This document shows, piece by piece, positions 51,244 through 62,810 of a stretch of DNA of 64,000 nucleotides. Made by a program: the position numbers and the translations under genes. The stretch's first letter is position 1; each line of letters opens with the position of its first letter. The DNA is from an uncultured Methanosarcinales archaeon (GTDB lineage Archaea; Halobacteriota; Methanosarcinia; Methanotrichales; Methanotrichaceae). The stretch covers positions 50,399 to 114,398 of the forward strand of contig CAWJKV010000006.1 in assembly GCA_963843555.1 (NCBI GenBank), read 5' to 3'. Below the pieces are notes generated by a model. It ran no database searches and was not told the DNA's origin. It was given only the letters and a program-made list of their open reading frames with translations.

Positions 51244-51602
51244 TTATGATAACAGTTCCGAGACGGCCCTTGACGGCATATTCAGAATTCGCGTAGCTAT
51301 ATCCACAAATAGGTCCTCTTGCTGCTGGCGATCCATGCCAAATTTATCTTCCAGGGCGAGTCTTCCATCTCCAGGACAATCAGCCTTATCTTGATATTGG
51401 CAATCTTGTAATGTTCACCAAGATCTGCAATCAGATTCATGAAATGGCAAATGCTTCGCGGCTTATCTGCTGATAGGTTCTTGACCAGGCCGCACTCAGT
51501 GCAATAAGGATGAGGTTTTAGTCCTCGGATTCTGTCTTCAAAGTAGTATGGTAGCCATATCTTCTCTCTGCTGCCTGATCGTTTATGCTCGCAGCCGGAC
51601 AT
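51244..51602 (-). CDS. Hypothetical Cys/His (putative Zn-binding) protein, frameshifted
   Basis: CEH..WLPY..KPHPYC..CG.VKN; continues in another frame to TAA at 51244. Confidence 0.65.
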
Positions 51603-51966
51603 CTATATCTCCTTTCTTACGAATAAAACCACGAGGCCAGAAATATGATTGCAAAAGCCGGGTGTTGATAAGGGTGGCGCCTAGCTCATGGCCATGATGT
51701 AGGGACGGGTTTTCCCGGTCACCAGGTAAACACCGAGTCTTTGGTGGATTTCCATCCTCTATTGCCCAAGGGCCATCAAGGCCGAGCATGCTTAACATCA
51801 ATCTCTTGCTGCACTATTGCGGTTTTTAACACCAGATTGCTCAACATTTCTGCTGGCTTTGATCAGGAACGTCGTGGTATGGTAGCACGTAGCACTGCAG
51901 GAAGCTATAAAATATCGCTACTAAGAGGTCTTTTTTATATTAATATGCCGCTGTTACTGTTTGTTT

Positions 51967-52896
51967 TCACGTCCTCCGCAACCATTCTATGGTCTCCGTC
52001 AATCCTGAAATCAGATCGTAATCCGGTTCATAGTTCAGCTCTTTCCTTGCCGCGGTTATGTCTGCCAGCGAGTCCACGATGTCTCCCTGCCTTGGTTTAT
52101 CGTAAACCGGTTCAGCCTTGAATCCAATAATGTCCATAATATGGCCAGCCAACTGATTCAGACTCGTCCTTCGCTCGCAGGCGATGTTGAATACGCCTTC
52201 TGCTGATTCTTTCTCCATTGCTAAAATGTTGGCTTTTACCACATCTCGAACGAAGGCGAAGTCTCTGGTCTGATTTCCATCTCCAAAGATCACTGGCGGC
52301 TTTCCTTCCATGATCCTGGCGATGAAGATGGGGATCACAGCAGCATACTGTGATGCCGGGTCCTGCCTTGGTCCGAAGACATTGAAGTACCGCAGACATA
52401 CAGTTTTCAACCCATAGATCTCTGAGAAGACTCGGGCGTAGTATTCGCCTGTGATCTTTCCAACGGCATATGGCGACTTGGGATGTGGCTTCATATCTTC
52501 ACGCTTTGGCAACGTTGGCTCGTCGCCGTAAATCGCGGATGATGATGCATAAACGACTTTCTTGGCACCGCAGTCTCTGGCTGCAAGCAGAACATTTAAT
52601 GTGCCTTCAACATTGGCGGCATTGGAGGCCTGCGGATCATCCACGGATCGCTGCACTGAAGGGAGAGCCGCCAGGTGAAAGACGCACTCTGCATCCTCAA
52701 AGGCATGCTTCAGCAAAGCCGGGTCGGTTATGCTTCCATGTATGAAATCGACATTCTTCAGATGGGCGATGTTCTCCATCTTGCCAGTCGACAGATCATC
52801 TATGATGGTAACGCTGTGCTGCCTGGAGAGCTCTTCTGCGAGATTCGAGCCGATGAATCCTGCACCTCCGGTTACTATTACTTTTTTTGATGGCAT
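51967..52896 (-). CDS. NAD-dependent nucleotide-sugar epimerase/dehydratase
   Basis: TGGAGFIGS, YASSSAIYG, YAVGK, LRYFNVFGPRQ. Confidence 0.95.
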   Translation of the reverse strand: MPSKKVIVTGGAGFIGSNLAEELSRQHSVTIIDDLSTGKMENIAHLKNVDFIHGSITDPALLKHAFEDAECVFHLAALPSVQRSVDDPQASNAANVEGTLNVLLAARDCGAKKVVYASSSAIYGDEPTLPKREDMKPHPKSPYAVGKITGEYYARVFSEIYGLKTVCLRYFNVFGPRQDPASQYAAVIPIFIARIMEGKPPVIFGDGNQTRDFAFVRDVVKANILAMEKESAEGVFNIACERRTSLNQLAGHIMDIIGFKAEPVYDKPRQGDIVDSLADITAARKELNYEPDYDLISGLTETIEWLRRT

Positions 52897-53194
52897 GAAA
52901 GACTCCTTTATGATTATTGTGGATAGTTGGATCGATTACCACATGATACTTATATCCTCTCCCTGATGAGGATTTGAAATCCTGACATAGATGCCTCATC
53001 TCGTCATGTATAGATGGTACGAGCATACAAAGGCTCTTCCTTCGAGGCCCGACGCGAGTCAAATTCTGGCCGCCATCCATCGAGCACTAATACATTTTTT
53101 TATTATCATGCTAATTTCATCTTTTATAAAAATTTGTTCCTTTTCATTATAAAATTCTTTTTAAAAAAAAATATCCGATCTGGTTCTTCGAGGC

Positions 53195-53953
53195 TCAGGT
53201 CTTAACAAATATCTGCATGGCCTCTTGCGGCTTTTTCAGGGCCAGCAAGACGTGCATCTTGCCCGTCAAGGCCAGGGCATAGGCTGGATCGATCTCCAGA
53301 GCCTTGTCATAGGCCTGCTGGGCCTCTGCATACTTTCCGTTTGCTTCCAGGGACATTCCCTTGGCAACGTAAGCCTGCTTGAACTTGGGATCAATAACCA
53401 GGGTCTCATCAAAGAGCGATCCCGCATCTGCATAGTTTCCCAGGACCATTAAAGAGATCCCTTTCTTGTAAAGTGCATCCTTGTACTGGGGGTCCAGGGC
53501 CAGAGCACCATCATATTTGGCTGTGGACTCTTTGAACATTCCACGCAGCTGGAGGAGATTTCCTTCCCGCAACCAGTAGGACTTGCTCTTGTTGTCAAGC
53601 TCTGTAGCTCTGGCAGCAGAGATAGAGGCATTATCATAATTCTTCACTGCCAAATAAGCCTCAGAAATGCCCGACCATGCGGCCGTTTTTTCGTCGTTTA
53701 TCTGCAGAGCGGTGTTGTAGGACTGGATTGATCCATTGTAGTTCTTCAGAGCCCTTTCGGCATCTCCCTTGTGAACCCAGCCGTCTATGTAGCCTGGCTC
53801 CTGGTTGACCGCTTTATCGAAATAGGCCAGGGCGTCAGTATAATTCTTAGTTGCGTATAGCTGGGACCCCTTCCAGTCGAAATATGCCGTTTCTTCTGCC
53901 ACGCATATGGCACTCAATAGAAATATGCTCACTAATATGCCAAATATTTTCAT
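53195..53953 (-). CDS. Secreted TPR protein
   Basis: Signal peptide plus about 6 TPRs. Confidence 0.9.
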   Translation of the reverse strand: MKIFGILVSIFLLSAICVAEETAYFDWKGSQLYATKNYTDALAYFDKAVNQEPGYIDGWVHKGDAERALKNYNGSIQSYNTALQINDEKTAAWSGISEAYLAVKNYDNASISAARATELDNKSKSYWLREGNLLQLRGMFKESTAKYDGALALDPQYKDALYKKGISLMVLGNYADAGSLFDETLVIDPKFKQAYVAKGMSLEANGKYAEAQQAYDKALEIDPAYALALTGKMHVLLALKKPQEAMQIFVKT

Positions 53954-54056
53954 GATAATTCCTCCAAATTGACTCTTCCTGATGCATTGCGGTATAATAT
54001 TGACTTTATAAGAACTTTACGCAAAGCAAAAAAAAATGATTCTGTTATATAGTGAA

Positions 54057-55301
54057 TTATATCGAATACACGGGGACGGAGGAGCTGCCAATACTCTTCA
54101 GGGCTTTTGCGGCGCTCATTCGTACTTCGTTATCGTTGTCGCTTGCCATTGCTTTGAGCAGGGGATCTCTGGCTTTGACATCATTTATCTCCCCCAGCGC
54201 CCAGGCCGCATCAACTCGCATATCGCTCTTTGCATTCGGATCCTCCAGAATCTGTAAAAACGGTTGCAGTGCCTGGCTTCTGTTTATCCTGGCGAGAGCT
54301 GTGACTGCCGTATGTCTCACACCGCTGTCGCCGTTCTTGAAGGCCAATAGCAGCGGCTCCATGCTGCTCTCGGAACCAATTACTCCCAAGACCTCTGCCA
54401 CCCCTTCCTGAGTTGTGTTGTCGCCGTTCTCTAGCGCCAAGATCAATGGTCTCTCACCTGGTTTGCCAATCGCCACAAGGGCTCCTGAGGCTTTGCCACG
54501 AACACGATCATCAGGATCGCGAAGGAGGTTGAGCAAAGGAGTGATGGATCGACTGTCTTTGAGCTGGCCAAGGGCGTCTGCCGCCTCAGCCCTCACACCT
54601 GCATCTGTATCTTCCAGCACCCCAATCAAAGGCTGCACGCCTCTTGCGTCTCCCGAATCTCCAAGAGCTTCTGCCGCTCCCATACGCCAATTGATGTTGC
54701 CGTCGGCCAAGACCTGTATCAATAAGTCTGTTGAACCTGTGCCGGCAACGGATCTTATAGCCCATCCAGCTTCCTCTCTAAGGCTCTCGTTGCCGTCCCC
54801 CAGCGCGGAGACAAGAGGGTCTAGAGATCTCGGATCTTTGATCTGTCCCAATGCCGCTACCGCCCAATAGCGGACAGTGCTATTATCGCTTTCCAAAGCC
54901 GAAATCAACGGCCCTGTGCCCCTGGTATCATTGATCAATCCAATAGCTCTCGCAGACTCCCACTTGACAGGATCATTCTCATCCTTCAGGGCGGCAATCA
55001 GTGGGTCTATTGCCGGTTTGCCTATCTTCACCAGCGCCAGAGTCGCCCAATCCCTCACATTGCGGTCGTCGTCCTCAAGAGCCCGGATTAACGGGTCCAC
55101 TGCCACTGGATCGCCTCTTTTTCCGAGTTCCCAGGCGGCCTCGCTTCTGACTTTGACGTCCTTATGAGTGAGGTTCTGGACAATTTCCTGTATGGATTTG
55201 CCGTCCGCCTGCCCCATGACAGGGCCAGCCAGTGCTATCATCAACAATATGGTCAGCGAAAGACCAACCATTGTACCTGCACCTGCTTTCAGAATGACCA
55301 T
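54057..55301 (-). CDS. Secreted HEAT-repeat (PBS lyase-like) protein
   Basis: Signal peptide plus repeated VR..AA.ALG.I.D..AV.PLI.AL.D units. Confidence 0.92.
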   Translation of the reverse strand: MVILKAGAGTMVGLSLTILLMIALAGPVMGQADGKSIQEIVQNLTHKDVKVRSEAAWELGKRGDPVAVDPLIRALEDDDRNVRDWATLALVKIGKPAIDPLIAALKDENDPVKWESARAIGLINDTRGTGPLISALESDNSTVRYWAVAALGQIKDPRSLDPLVSALGDGNESLREEAGWAIRSVAGTGSTDLLIQVLADGNINWRMGAAEALGDSGDARGVQPLIGVLEDTDAGVRAEAADALGQLKDSRSITPLLNLLRDPDDRVRGKASGALVAIGKPGERPLILALENGDNTTQEGVAEVLGVIGSESSMEPLLLAFKNGDSGVRHTAVTALARINRSQALQPFLQILEDPNAKSDMRVDAAWALGEINDVKARDPLLKAMASDNDNEVRMSAAKALKSIGSSSVPVYSI

Positions 55302-55325
55302 CTCTTTTAAGATAGATTTTGTTAT

Positions 55326-56117
55326 TTACGTCCTCAAGAGGATATCTACTGCCTCTTTTTGCCGGCCGGTCGCAAGCATAGCATGCATCTTATTCATCAG
55401 AGCCAGTGTCCATTTTGGATCTATCTTCAAGGCTCGATCATATGCAGCAATCGCTGCCTCATAATTCCCTTGAGCTTCCAGGGCCTGACCTCGGGCATTA
55501 TGGGCTTGCTTGTACTTGGCATCGATGTCGATGACCTGGTCAAGGAGCTCCAAGGCTTCATCTGTATTATTGACTGCCAGGTCTGATAACGCCTTTCTAT
55601 ATATGGCATCTTTATACTTCACGTCCAGAGCCAGAGCCCGATCAAAGTCTTCTCGAGCTCCCTCAAAATCTCCCCTTACCTGAAGCAGTGTCCCATTTTT
55701 GAGCCAATAGCCCTTGTTCTTGGGGTCAAGCCTGGTGAGCACTGCGGCAGCTGCAGAGGCATTAGCATAGTCCTTGCAGGCAGAATATGAATCCGCCAAT
55801 CCCGACCAGGCAGCTGCGCTCCTGTCGTCGAAAGCGATGGCCCTGTTGTAGGATAGGAGAGACGCGTTATAATGCCGGAGAGCCTTTTGAGCATTTCCTT
55901 TATGAATCAGGGCATCTTTATTGCTGGAATTTTGATCTATTGACTTATTAAAGTAGTCCATGGCCTCGCTATAGTTCCCGACTGAATAGAGCTTGTTTCC
56001 CAGATTGTCGTAATTCTCTGATGCATCTATGCAAGTACCCAAGCCGCTCATAATGAATATGATCAAAATGAAAAAGTACACTAATAAATAGTTCAGCTTC
56101 AAATCAGTCCCTTCCAT
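55326..56117 (-). CDS. Secreted TPR protein, paralogue of 53195..53953
   Basis: Signal peptide, TPRs; shared KG.A..AL..YN.S, K.YWL..G.LLQ.RG and KMH motifs. Confidence 0.9.
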   Translation of the reverse strand: MEGTDLKLNYLLVYFFILIIFIMSGLGTCIDASENYDNLGNKLYSVGNYSEAMDYFNKSIDQNSSNKDALIHKGNAQKALRHYNASLLSYNRAIAFDDRSAAAWSGLADSYSACKDYANASAAAAVLTRLDPKNKGYWLKNGTLLQVRGDFEGAREDFDRALALDVKYKDAIYRKALSDLAVNNTDEALELLDQVIDIDAKYKQAHNARGQALEAQGNYEAAIAAYDRALKIDPKWTLALMNKMHAMLATGRQKEAVDILLRT

Positions 56118-56239
56118 AGCTTTTTCGAGGTCAATTCAGCGGATGGCAGGTTGTGCCATGCGAGTATATTCGAATATCTTATCTCAGATTCTTAAGTCTT
56201 TTCCTGGCTAAACTGAGAGCTTGAATTTAAGTGTTTTTG

Positions 56240-57010
56240 TTCGATTACTGATGTGCGTAGTCCCGACTCTTGACTTTATATACCCACCACTGGTGCATGG
56301 GAAAGAAGAACAAAATCGTAAGCTGACTCCGCGAAAAATCAAGATATATAGTCCTCTACAAACCAATAACAATAGCTCCAAATCAATCGCTAAGGATCTC
56401 AAAATTAGCGAATCAACTGTAAAGCAAGTCTGGATGCCATTGGATCAAAACAAGACGCCCCTAACATTAGTAAATTCGGAAGAAAGAAAAAGAAGATGGA
56501 CGAGGCCTCCGAGGAGTTGATTCTCAGAATCACGCTGATTAGCATCAGCGAGAGCTTTCGACGTGGTCGAAGCATCAACAAAGAGCAAAATCTCGGCGAA
56601 AGGCATTTGGAGAAGATAGAGAATTCACGCACGAAAACATATACTACATAATGCCATCCATAAGGTGTTAATGGCTCACGACCAGACAAAGATTAATCCA
56701 AACAAAATCAAAGCGCAGGAAGCCATGGGTTCGGTGGGAACGGGATCACAGCTTGAGCCTTGTGCAGCTTGATTAGCATCAGCAAGTGCAACGGCAAAGA
56801 GGTTTGCGTCGTCCTCGATTGACAGTTCGTGGCGCGTTCTTGCAGGTGGAGAATTCAATGCAAAGACAACGAAAACAGCATCAAACTCCTCCAGGAGGCT
56901 TTGGATAGTATCGGATGGTTGACATCGATTCGCGAGGTGATGACCGACCATGGGACGCAGTTCTATGCCAACTCTGACAATAGCGATGAGCGGGTAGGGG
57001 AGTGGGGGTT
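56240..57010 (+). mobile_element. IS481-family transposase remnant
   Basis: HTH IAKDLKISESTVKQVW, WER.HSLSLVQLD, V.DDSSR.VLA, IREVMTDHGTQFYAN; frameshifts, stop and truncation. Confidence 0.8.
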
Positions 57011-57082
57011 AGTAAAAAAGATGAGTATACCCGCTCATCTTCTCCAATCTTTTGATCGTATAAATACTTTTCTGGCAATAAT

Positions 57083-57865
57083 TTATGACTGTTTTTGTCG
57101 ATACGCCTTTTGTTTGGCGATCTTTGCCGCATAGGCTCCAGCCACAAAGCCTGCATCTACATTAACCACAGTGAGAACGGAACAGGACTGCAACATAGAA
57201 TAGAGGGCAGCCAGGCCGCCTCCACCCAGGCCATATCCTGTAGAAACAGGTAGACCGATCACCGGCGCGTCCACAAGGCCTGCCACCACAGTGGGCAGGG
57301 TGCCCTCTCTTCCTGCCGCCACCACGAAGGCATCCACGTCTATCATCTTCTCCAGGCAGGGAAAGAGCCTATGAATGCCTGCGACTCCCACATCGTACTC
57401 CCAGACCACAGTGCAGTCCATCTCCTCTGCGGTAACCCTGGCCTCCTCTGCCACAGGAATGTCAGCCGTCCCTGCAGCCAGGATGCCCACCTTACCCATT
57501 TTAGTCGATCGTTCTCGGGATCGGATGACGACCGTTCTGGCCCGAGGATTGTGTTCCAGCACGCTTGACGCCGGCAATTTCGCTCCCACCAGGGTCTCAA
57601 GCTGCTCCGCCGAGACGCGCGTGATGATAACGCTGCCCGTCGCCTCCAGGTGGGCCAGGGAGATGGCCAGCAAATCATTCCTGTCTTTTCCTTCGGCAAG
57701 AATCGCCTCGGGTATGCCAATGCGGTCCTGCCGGCAGACATCAAGTTTGGCCACCTCTCCGACGTTCCGTATGCTCTGCGCTTTAATGCGTCTCAGGGCT
57801 TCTTCCAGGGATATCCTGCCCTGGCCATAGGTTTCCAGAATCTCCCTTTGGCTTTCGTTTTCCAC
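57083..57865 (-). CDS. larB: Nickel-pincer cofactor biosynthesis protein LarB (AIR carboxylase family)
   Basis: LD..R..R.GIPEAI...GK, AGTADIPVAEEA, DVGVAGIHRL, PVS.GYG, VVNVD.GF.A. Confidence 0.9.
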   Translation of the reverse strand: MENESQREILETYGQGRISLEEALRRIKAQSIRNVGEVAKLDVCRQDRIGIPEAILAEGKDRNDLLAISLAHLEATGSVIITRVSAEQLETLVGAKLPASSVLEHNPRARTVVIRSRERSTKMGKVGILAAGTADIPVAEEARVTAEEMDCTVVWEYDVGVAGIHRLFPCLEKMIDVDAFVVAAGREGTLPTVVAGLVDAPVIGLPVSTGYGLGGGGLAALYSMLQSCSVLTVVNVDAGFVAGAYAAKIAKQKAYRQKQS

Positions 57866-57924
57866 GCCGGAAAATTGAACTCCGAGCATAAAGGGTTTAT
57901 CCCCGCAAAAAAACCTCTGACTAG

Positions 57925-59151
57925 ATGCGGGTCAACCTCGATCTTCACATCCACTCCAAATACTCGATGGCAGTCTCTATGGATATGGAACTGCCTCTGA
58001 TTGCCAGAGGTGCGGAGCATAAAGGCGTGAAGATCGTGGGCACAGGAGACTGCCTTCACCCCTTGTGGCTTGATGCCGTAAAAGAGCTTCCTGAGAGTGG
58101 TGACGGTCTCTTTCATTTAGGGAACACGCTATTTGCCCTTACTGTGGAGGTTGAGGACTCCCGCCGCGTTCATCATCTCATCATGCTGCCGGATATCTCC
58201 AAGGCGGAAGAGCTGAGGGAAGCATTTGCCCCGCACTCCACCAATTTGCTCACGGACGGCAGGCCCAGGCTGCACCTGAACGGGGCGGAGATTGCAGATC
58301 AGGTCCTGGAAGCCGGCGGCCTGATTGGACCGAGCCATGCCTTCACTCCCTGGACGGGAATCTATGCCTACTATCGATCTCTGGCTGAGTGCTACCAGGA
58401 GAAGGCGGATAGAATCGCGTTTATAGAGTTGGGTCTGAGCGCAGACACCGATTATGCCGACAGAATTGCGGAATTATCCCGCAAAACATTTCTCTCCAAC
58501 TCCGACGCCCATTCGCCCCGTTCCAACAAGTTGGCCCGGGAGTTCAATCAGATGGAGATGGAGAACCTCAGTTTCGGTGAGATCGCCATGGCCATAACGA
58601 AGGAGAAAGGCCGCCATCCCAGGCTCAATGTGGGTTTTTTCCCGGAGGAAGGAAAGTACAACCGCACGGCATGCACGCGCTGCTTCCGGCAGTACAGCGC
58701 GGCGCAAAAGGATGAGCTGATGGGACGCTGCCCGGAATGCCGTGGCCAGATAAAACTCGGGGTTGTCGACCGGGTGAATCTCCTGGCAGATTATGCTGAG
58801 CCGGTGCATCCTGTTGGCCGTCCGCCCTATTTGCATCTCATCCCCCTGGCGGAGATCATTGCGCTTGCTCTTGGCCATAAGAGCGCATCGACCATCGGGG
58901 TGAAGAAGATCTGGAGTGAGCTGACGGATGGCAGGACGGAGATCGAGGTTCTTGTAGAGGCTGATCTCATGGATTTGAAGAGCGAACCAAAGGTAATCGA
59001 GGCCATTGAAGCCTTCCGGTCTGGGAAGGTAGAGGTCTGCCCCGGGGGCGGGGGAAGGTACGGGCAGGTGAGGCTTCCCAGTGTGGCTACTGTGAGCCTG
59101 GAGAAAGCCGGACAGAAGTCACTGTTCGACTTTGACGAAGGCAATCGATAG
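57925..59151 (+). CDS. PHP-domain endonuclease Q family protein (TIGR00375-like)
   Basis: DLHIHSKYS, GTGD..HP, HAFTPW, ELGLSAD, SNSDAHS, GKY..T.C..C..CP.C, GGGG.YG. Confidence 0.9.
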   Translation: MRVNLDLHIHSKYSMAVSMDMELPLIARGAEHKGVKIVGTGDCLHPLWLDAVKELPESGDGLFHLGNTLFALTVEVEDSRRVHHLIMLPDISKAEELREAFAPHSTNLLTDGRPRLHLNGAEIADQVLEAGGLIGPSHAFTPWTGIYAYYRSLAECYQEKADRIAFIELGLSADTDYADRIAELSRKTFLSNSDAHSPRSNKLAREFNQMEMENLSFGEIAMAITKEKGRHPRLNVGFFPEEGKYNRTACTRCFRQYSAAQKDELMGRCPECRGQIKLGVVDRVNLLADYAEPVHPVGRPPYLHLIPLAEIIALALGHKSASTIGVKKIWSELTDGRTEIEVLVEADLMDLKSEPKVIEAIEAFRSGKVEVCPGGGGRYGQVRLPSVATVSLEKAGQKSLFDFDEGNR

Positions 59152-59349
59152 GCTGATACTGAAGCAATAAATTAAATAGGTTAAGACAGGAATATGGATA
59201 TCGATGCAAGAAGTACTTATACAATCAAGCCATACAGACTTTGAAAACAGGGGTTTTCGAAGATATTGCAGGCAACCCCTATATCCATGAGTTAGAATTT
59301 ATTCAAAAAGAAAACGAGAAATTCGGACAGCCAGAATGAGGCATCAACG

Positions 59350-60324
59350 ATGGAACGATCCAAAACTAGATATCTGCTGACGGCAACAATCGGATTGATA
59401 TTATTAATGATCTTCATCCTCAATGCCAGCGCAGAATTCCGATCTCTCACCGTTGGCACAAATTCCTCATCCTGGTCTATCTTCCGCCAGAGCGATAACT
59501 TAAGCTTCGACTACACTCAGTCGGTCCAGGGAACCGTATCGCCTGTCGACTATAAAGGCAGACCCCTGAGCCCTTACTACTCTGGCTACCAGGATGTGGA
59601 CGTGAATGATGTCCGCCTGCGTGACCGGACCTCTGCCCTGCAAGGCAGCTTCAGCTCTGAGGAGCGGATGAATCTGCAGGCAGACACCACCAGTCCGACT
59701 ACGATAGAAACCACATTTGAGAGCGGGATCTATACCATCAAATTTTCTGATCAATGGCCAGTGCTTCTCAGGTCCAGCAAAACCATAAAGTACTCCGGCA
59801 AAGAGATAAACAACCGAGAGTTTGCAGGCAACAATCTCGATTATGCAGGCAGCAACCTTCTTTACAACAAGGAGCTTTCCAAGGAGACGAATGTTGGTAT
59901 GCTGCTGAGAACGACGAACGCCACAGTGTTCGCTGCCAACGAAACATTCATCTCAGCGGATTTCATGCCCAACAAAGAGTTGTTTTACAATAGCAGAACT
60001 TACACCACTGGCATTGCTGACCTGAAATACAGGCAAACCGGCCCCAACTATGATTTCAAACGTGGGGCCTATGCAATGATTGGTGAGGGCGAGGAGAGAT
60101 ACTCCGGGAGCTATAATATTACCAGGAGCATCTATATGAAGTCCGACTTCCAGTACTATATACCGGAAGATGATTGGCTCCCCTGCTGCTTTTCCACTGG
60201 GAACGACATCAATCTCACGGAAGAGACGGATTATGGAGTTAGCGCCAGAGAGGTTTTCGACTGCACCTGCGACAAGCATTCCGCGGAGGGTAAGATCGCT
60301 AAGTCTACAACCGGCCCGGAATGA
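59350..60324 (+). CDS. Secreted hypothetical protein with Cys-rich C-terminus
   Basis: Signal peptide; WLPCC...FDCTC tail. Confidence 0.8.
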   Translation: MERSKTRYLLTATIGLILLMIFILNASAEFRSLTVGTNSSSWSIFRQSDNLSFDYTQSVQGTVSPVDYKGRPLSPYYSGYQDVDVNDVRLRDRTSALQGSFSSEERMNLQADTTSPTTIETTFESGIYTIKFSDQWPVLLRSSKTIKYSGKEINNREFAGNNLDYAGSNLLYNKELSKETNVGMLLRTTNATVFAANETFISADFMPNKELFYNSRTYTTGIADLKYRQTGPNYDFKRGAYAMIGEGEERYSGSYNITRSIYMKSDFQYYIPEDDWLPCCFSTGNDINLTEETDYGVSAREVFDCTCDKHSAEGKIAKSTTGPE

Positions 60325-60472
60325 TGTGGTAGTTGAGCTCTTCACCCCATAGGCATTTTCCATTTTTGAGAGGCAAAATTTAATATTTCAGAGCACTTCA
60401 AATAAGATGTTATTTGATTCGAACCTAAAAAAGGCCCGATATCTTTATTAATACGAATCCGTATTATTAGAT

Positions 60473-60549
60473 CTTAATACAAGTTAGAATGTTCGAAGCT
60501 TAATATAAGTTAGAATCTTTGAAACTAAATAAAGTTAGTATGTTCAATA
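60473..60549 (+). promoter_or_regulatory. Three about 26-bp direct repeats upstream of the protease gene
   Basis: CTTAATACAAGTTAGAATGTTCGAAG / CTTAATATAAGTTAGAATCTTTGAAA / CTAAATAAAGTTAGTATGTTCAATA. Confidence 0.7.
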
Positions 60550-60573
60550 CCATCTTAACTGGAAGGTGTCCTT

Positions 60574-62513
60574 ATGATGAGCAGATTCCTGATATTGACG
60601 TTGACGTGCTTCATTGTCGTATGTACGTTTGCAGTACCGGCTCTTGCTATCTCTGTAAGTTGCTCCTCAGGAGCTGGTGGCCAGGCCGCCTCCTCCTCGG
60701 AGAGCTTCAATCTGGATGACTCCACATCGCTAAGAGAAAGCCTCATTCTCGGCTCGGGCAGCATCTCTCTGGATCGCCAGGCTGAAGGCACGGGAAATAA
60801 CAGCCTGAAACAGTCGCTTTCAGGGAATGGTTACACACTGCAAAATAATATTAACAGTCAGGGAAATATTCGCGTCTCCACATCCTCTGGAGCCACGGCT
60901 CAGGCAGCCAGCCTCAGCCAGAATGTGGGCGCTGCTGGCAGCATGAGCCTCAACCTGCGTGGCACAGAGGGGGCCACAGATGCAGGCCAGGAGGCGAGCG
61001 TCATCTATGGCAGCCTAGCCAGTTCACAGAGCCTCTCTGCCGGGCAGGCGCAGGGCGCAATTGCCTGCGCAGAGCACGGCGATGGAGGGCCTGGGGGGCA
61101 AAGTTGTCTCAGGAGCTCTGGGGGAGGAGAATGTAATGCTGGCGGAAAGCAGCTTTTCCGGCCAGAGCAGTCTCGCGGCCAACCTGGCATCAAGAGCAAA
61201 TGAACGTGCTTTTTCCAGCGGATCGGCAACCCTGGACGATGTGGTCATCCTGGATGACGGCTCCTTTGAGGCCGTCTCCAAGGAGGGCAACAGCCCGATC
61301 ATGGGCATGGCAGGGATGAGGCTGGCAGAGGACGGCAAGGGCATAGGCAGCTTTGCCATGAGCGCGATGGATATTGATCTGACTGAAGAGAAGGGAGAGG
61401 GAGCAGCGCAGGTCTCCCAGGCGGCGGCAGTAGCCGGGGGGTCCTATTCGTCTTATGCCTTGACAGGATACCGCTGGAATCAGAAGGATCCCAAAGTGCA
61501 GCTCTACCTGAACCCGACAGGCACCCCCTCAGGCCTCACGGCCGCGTCCACGCAGAGCGCCATAGCTGCGGCTGCCAATACCTGGGACGATGCCGTAGCC
61601 CAGAACATCTTTGCCGACGGAACGACAGTGATAGTTGATTCTACAAAGGTTGTGGACAATCCTTTCCCAGGCCAGGGCCAGCAAGTGAGTGACGGCTATT
61701 CCGTCAATGGCTGGAAGGACCTCGGAAACGACTATCTGGGACTTAATCGCTGGTGGAGCAATGGGCAGAAGGTGGGTGGATACTATTCCATAACCGAGTC
61801 CGACACCTGGTACAACCTGAATCCTGAATATCAGTGGACGACTGACCTGGCCACCGCCCAGAGCACTTACAAGATCGATCTGCAGAGCATTGCCGTCCAT
61901 GAACTGGGTCACGGTATAGGGATGGGCGATCTTTACTCTACATGTGCCGGACAGCGATCCGCGCAAAGACGACTTCGAGCAGGTCATGAATCTCTATTAT
62001 GGGCCGCAGAGGACGCTGGGGAACGGGGATAAGACGGGAGTGCGGATGATTTACGGTGAACCCGCTACACCGTCACCAGAAGGTACTGTAACGGTGTATC
62101 GCATGTACAGCCCATCCGGTACAGATCACTTTTATACAACAAGTCTGAATGAATACAATTATGCTGCAGCAAACTGTGGATATTTTCGTGAAGGGATCCT
62201 CGGTTATATCCCGTCGAACTATGATAGTGGTGCAATTGCTCTATATCGGATGTATAACCCGAATTTAAAAGATCATTTCTACACCACAAATTTCAATGAA
62301 TATAGCACCTCAGCGGTGAAAAGCGGTTATCAAAAGGAAGGGATTTTCGGCTATATTTATCCCACGGAAATTGGTGGAACCAGTCCCTTGTACAGGATGT
62401 ATAGCCCGGCAAATACAGATCATTTCTATACGTCGGTTCTTAGTGAATATAGCATAACAGCGGTCAATTTTGGCTATAATCAAGAAGGTTATATTGGATA
62501 TATTTATATATGA
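60574..62513 (+). CDS. Secreted matrixin-like (M10) metalloprotease with C-terminal DUF5648-type repeats; two frameshifts
   Basis: Signal peptide; HELGHGIGMGD; three RMYxP...DHFYT repeats; ORFs 60574, 61061 and 61944 join into one gene. Confidence 0.82.
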
Positions 62514-62810
62514 CGGCAAAAAGGGTAAATAATCAATTCTATTTTATTTGGATACCTCGCAGCCCTGGGCATGGTGCGCCGCCGTCGTTTGCCCACCCAA
62601 TAAGGATGGTCGATCTTTGAATGTGTTTTGGATGCTGAGAATGAGCCCATACGCATCAAACCATTCCTCGAATAAGATCGGAACGAGATCAAAAAACGGT
62701 TCGATGAAGTTCACTAAAATGAAGCGAGAGCGAAGTTTTGTAGACTTTTTCTTAGGATAAGGAATAGATATTGTGATCGACTAGTGGATTTCAGAACCAC
62801 ATCAATTCTA

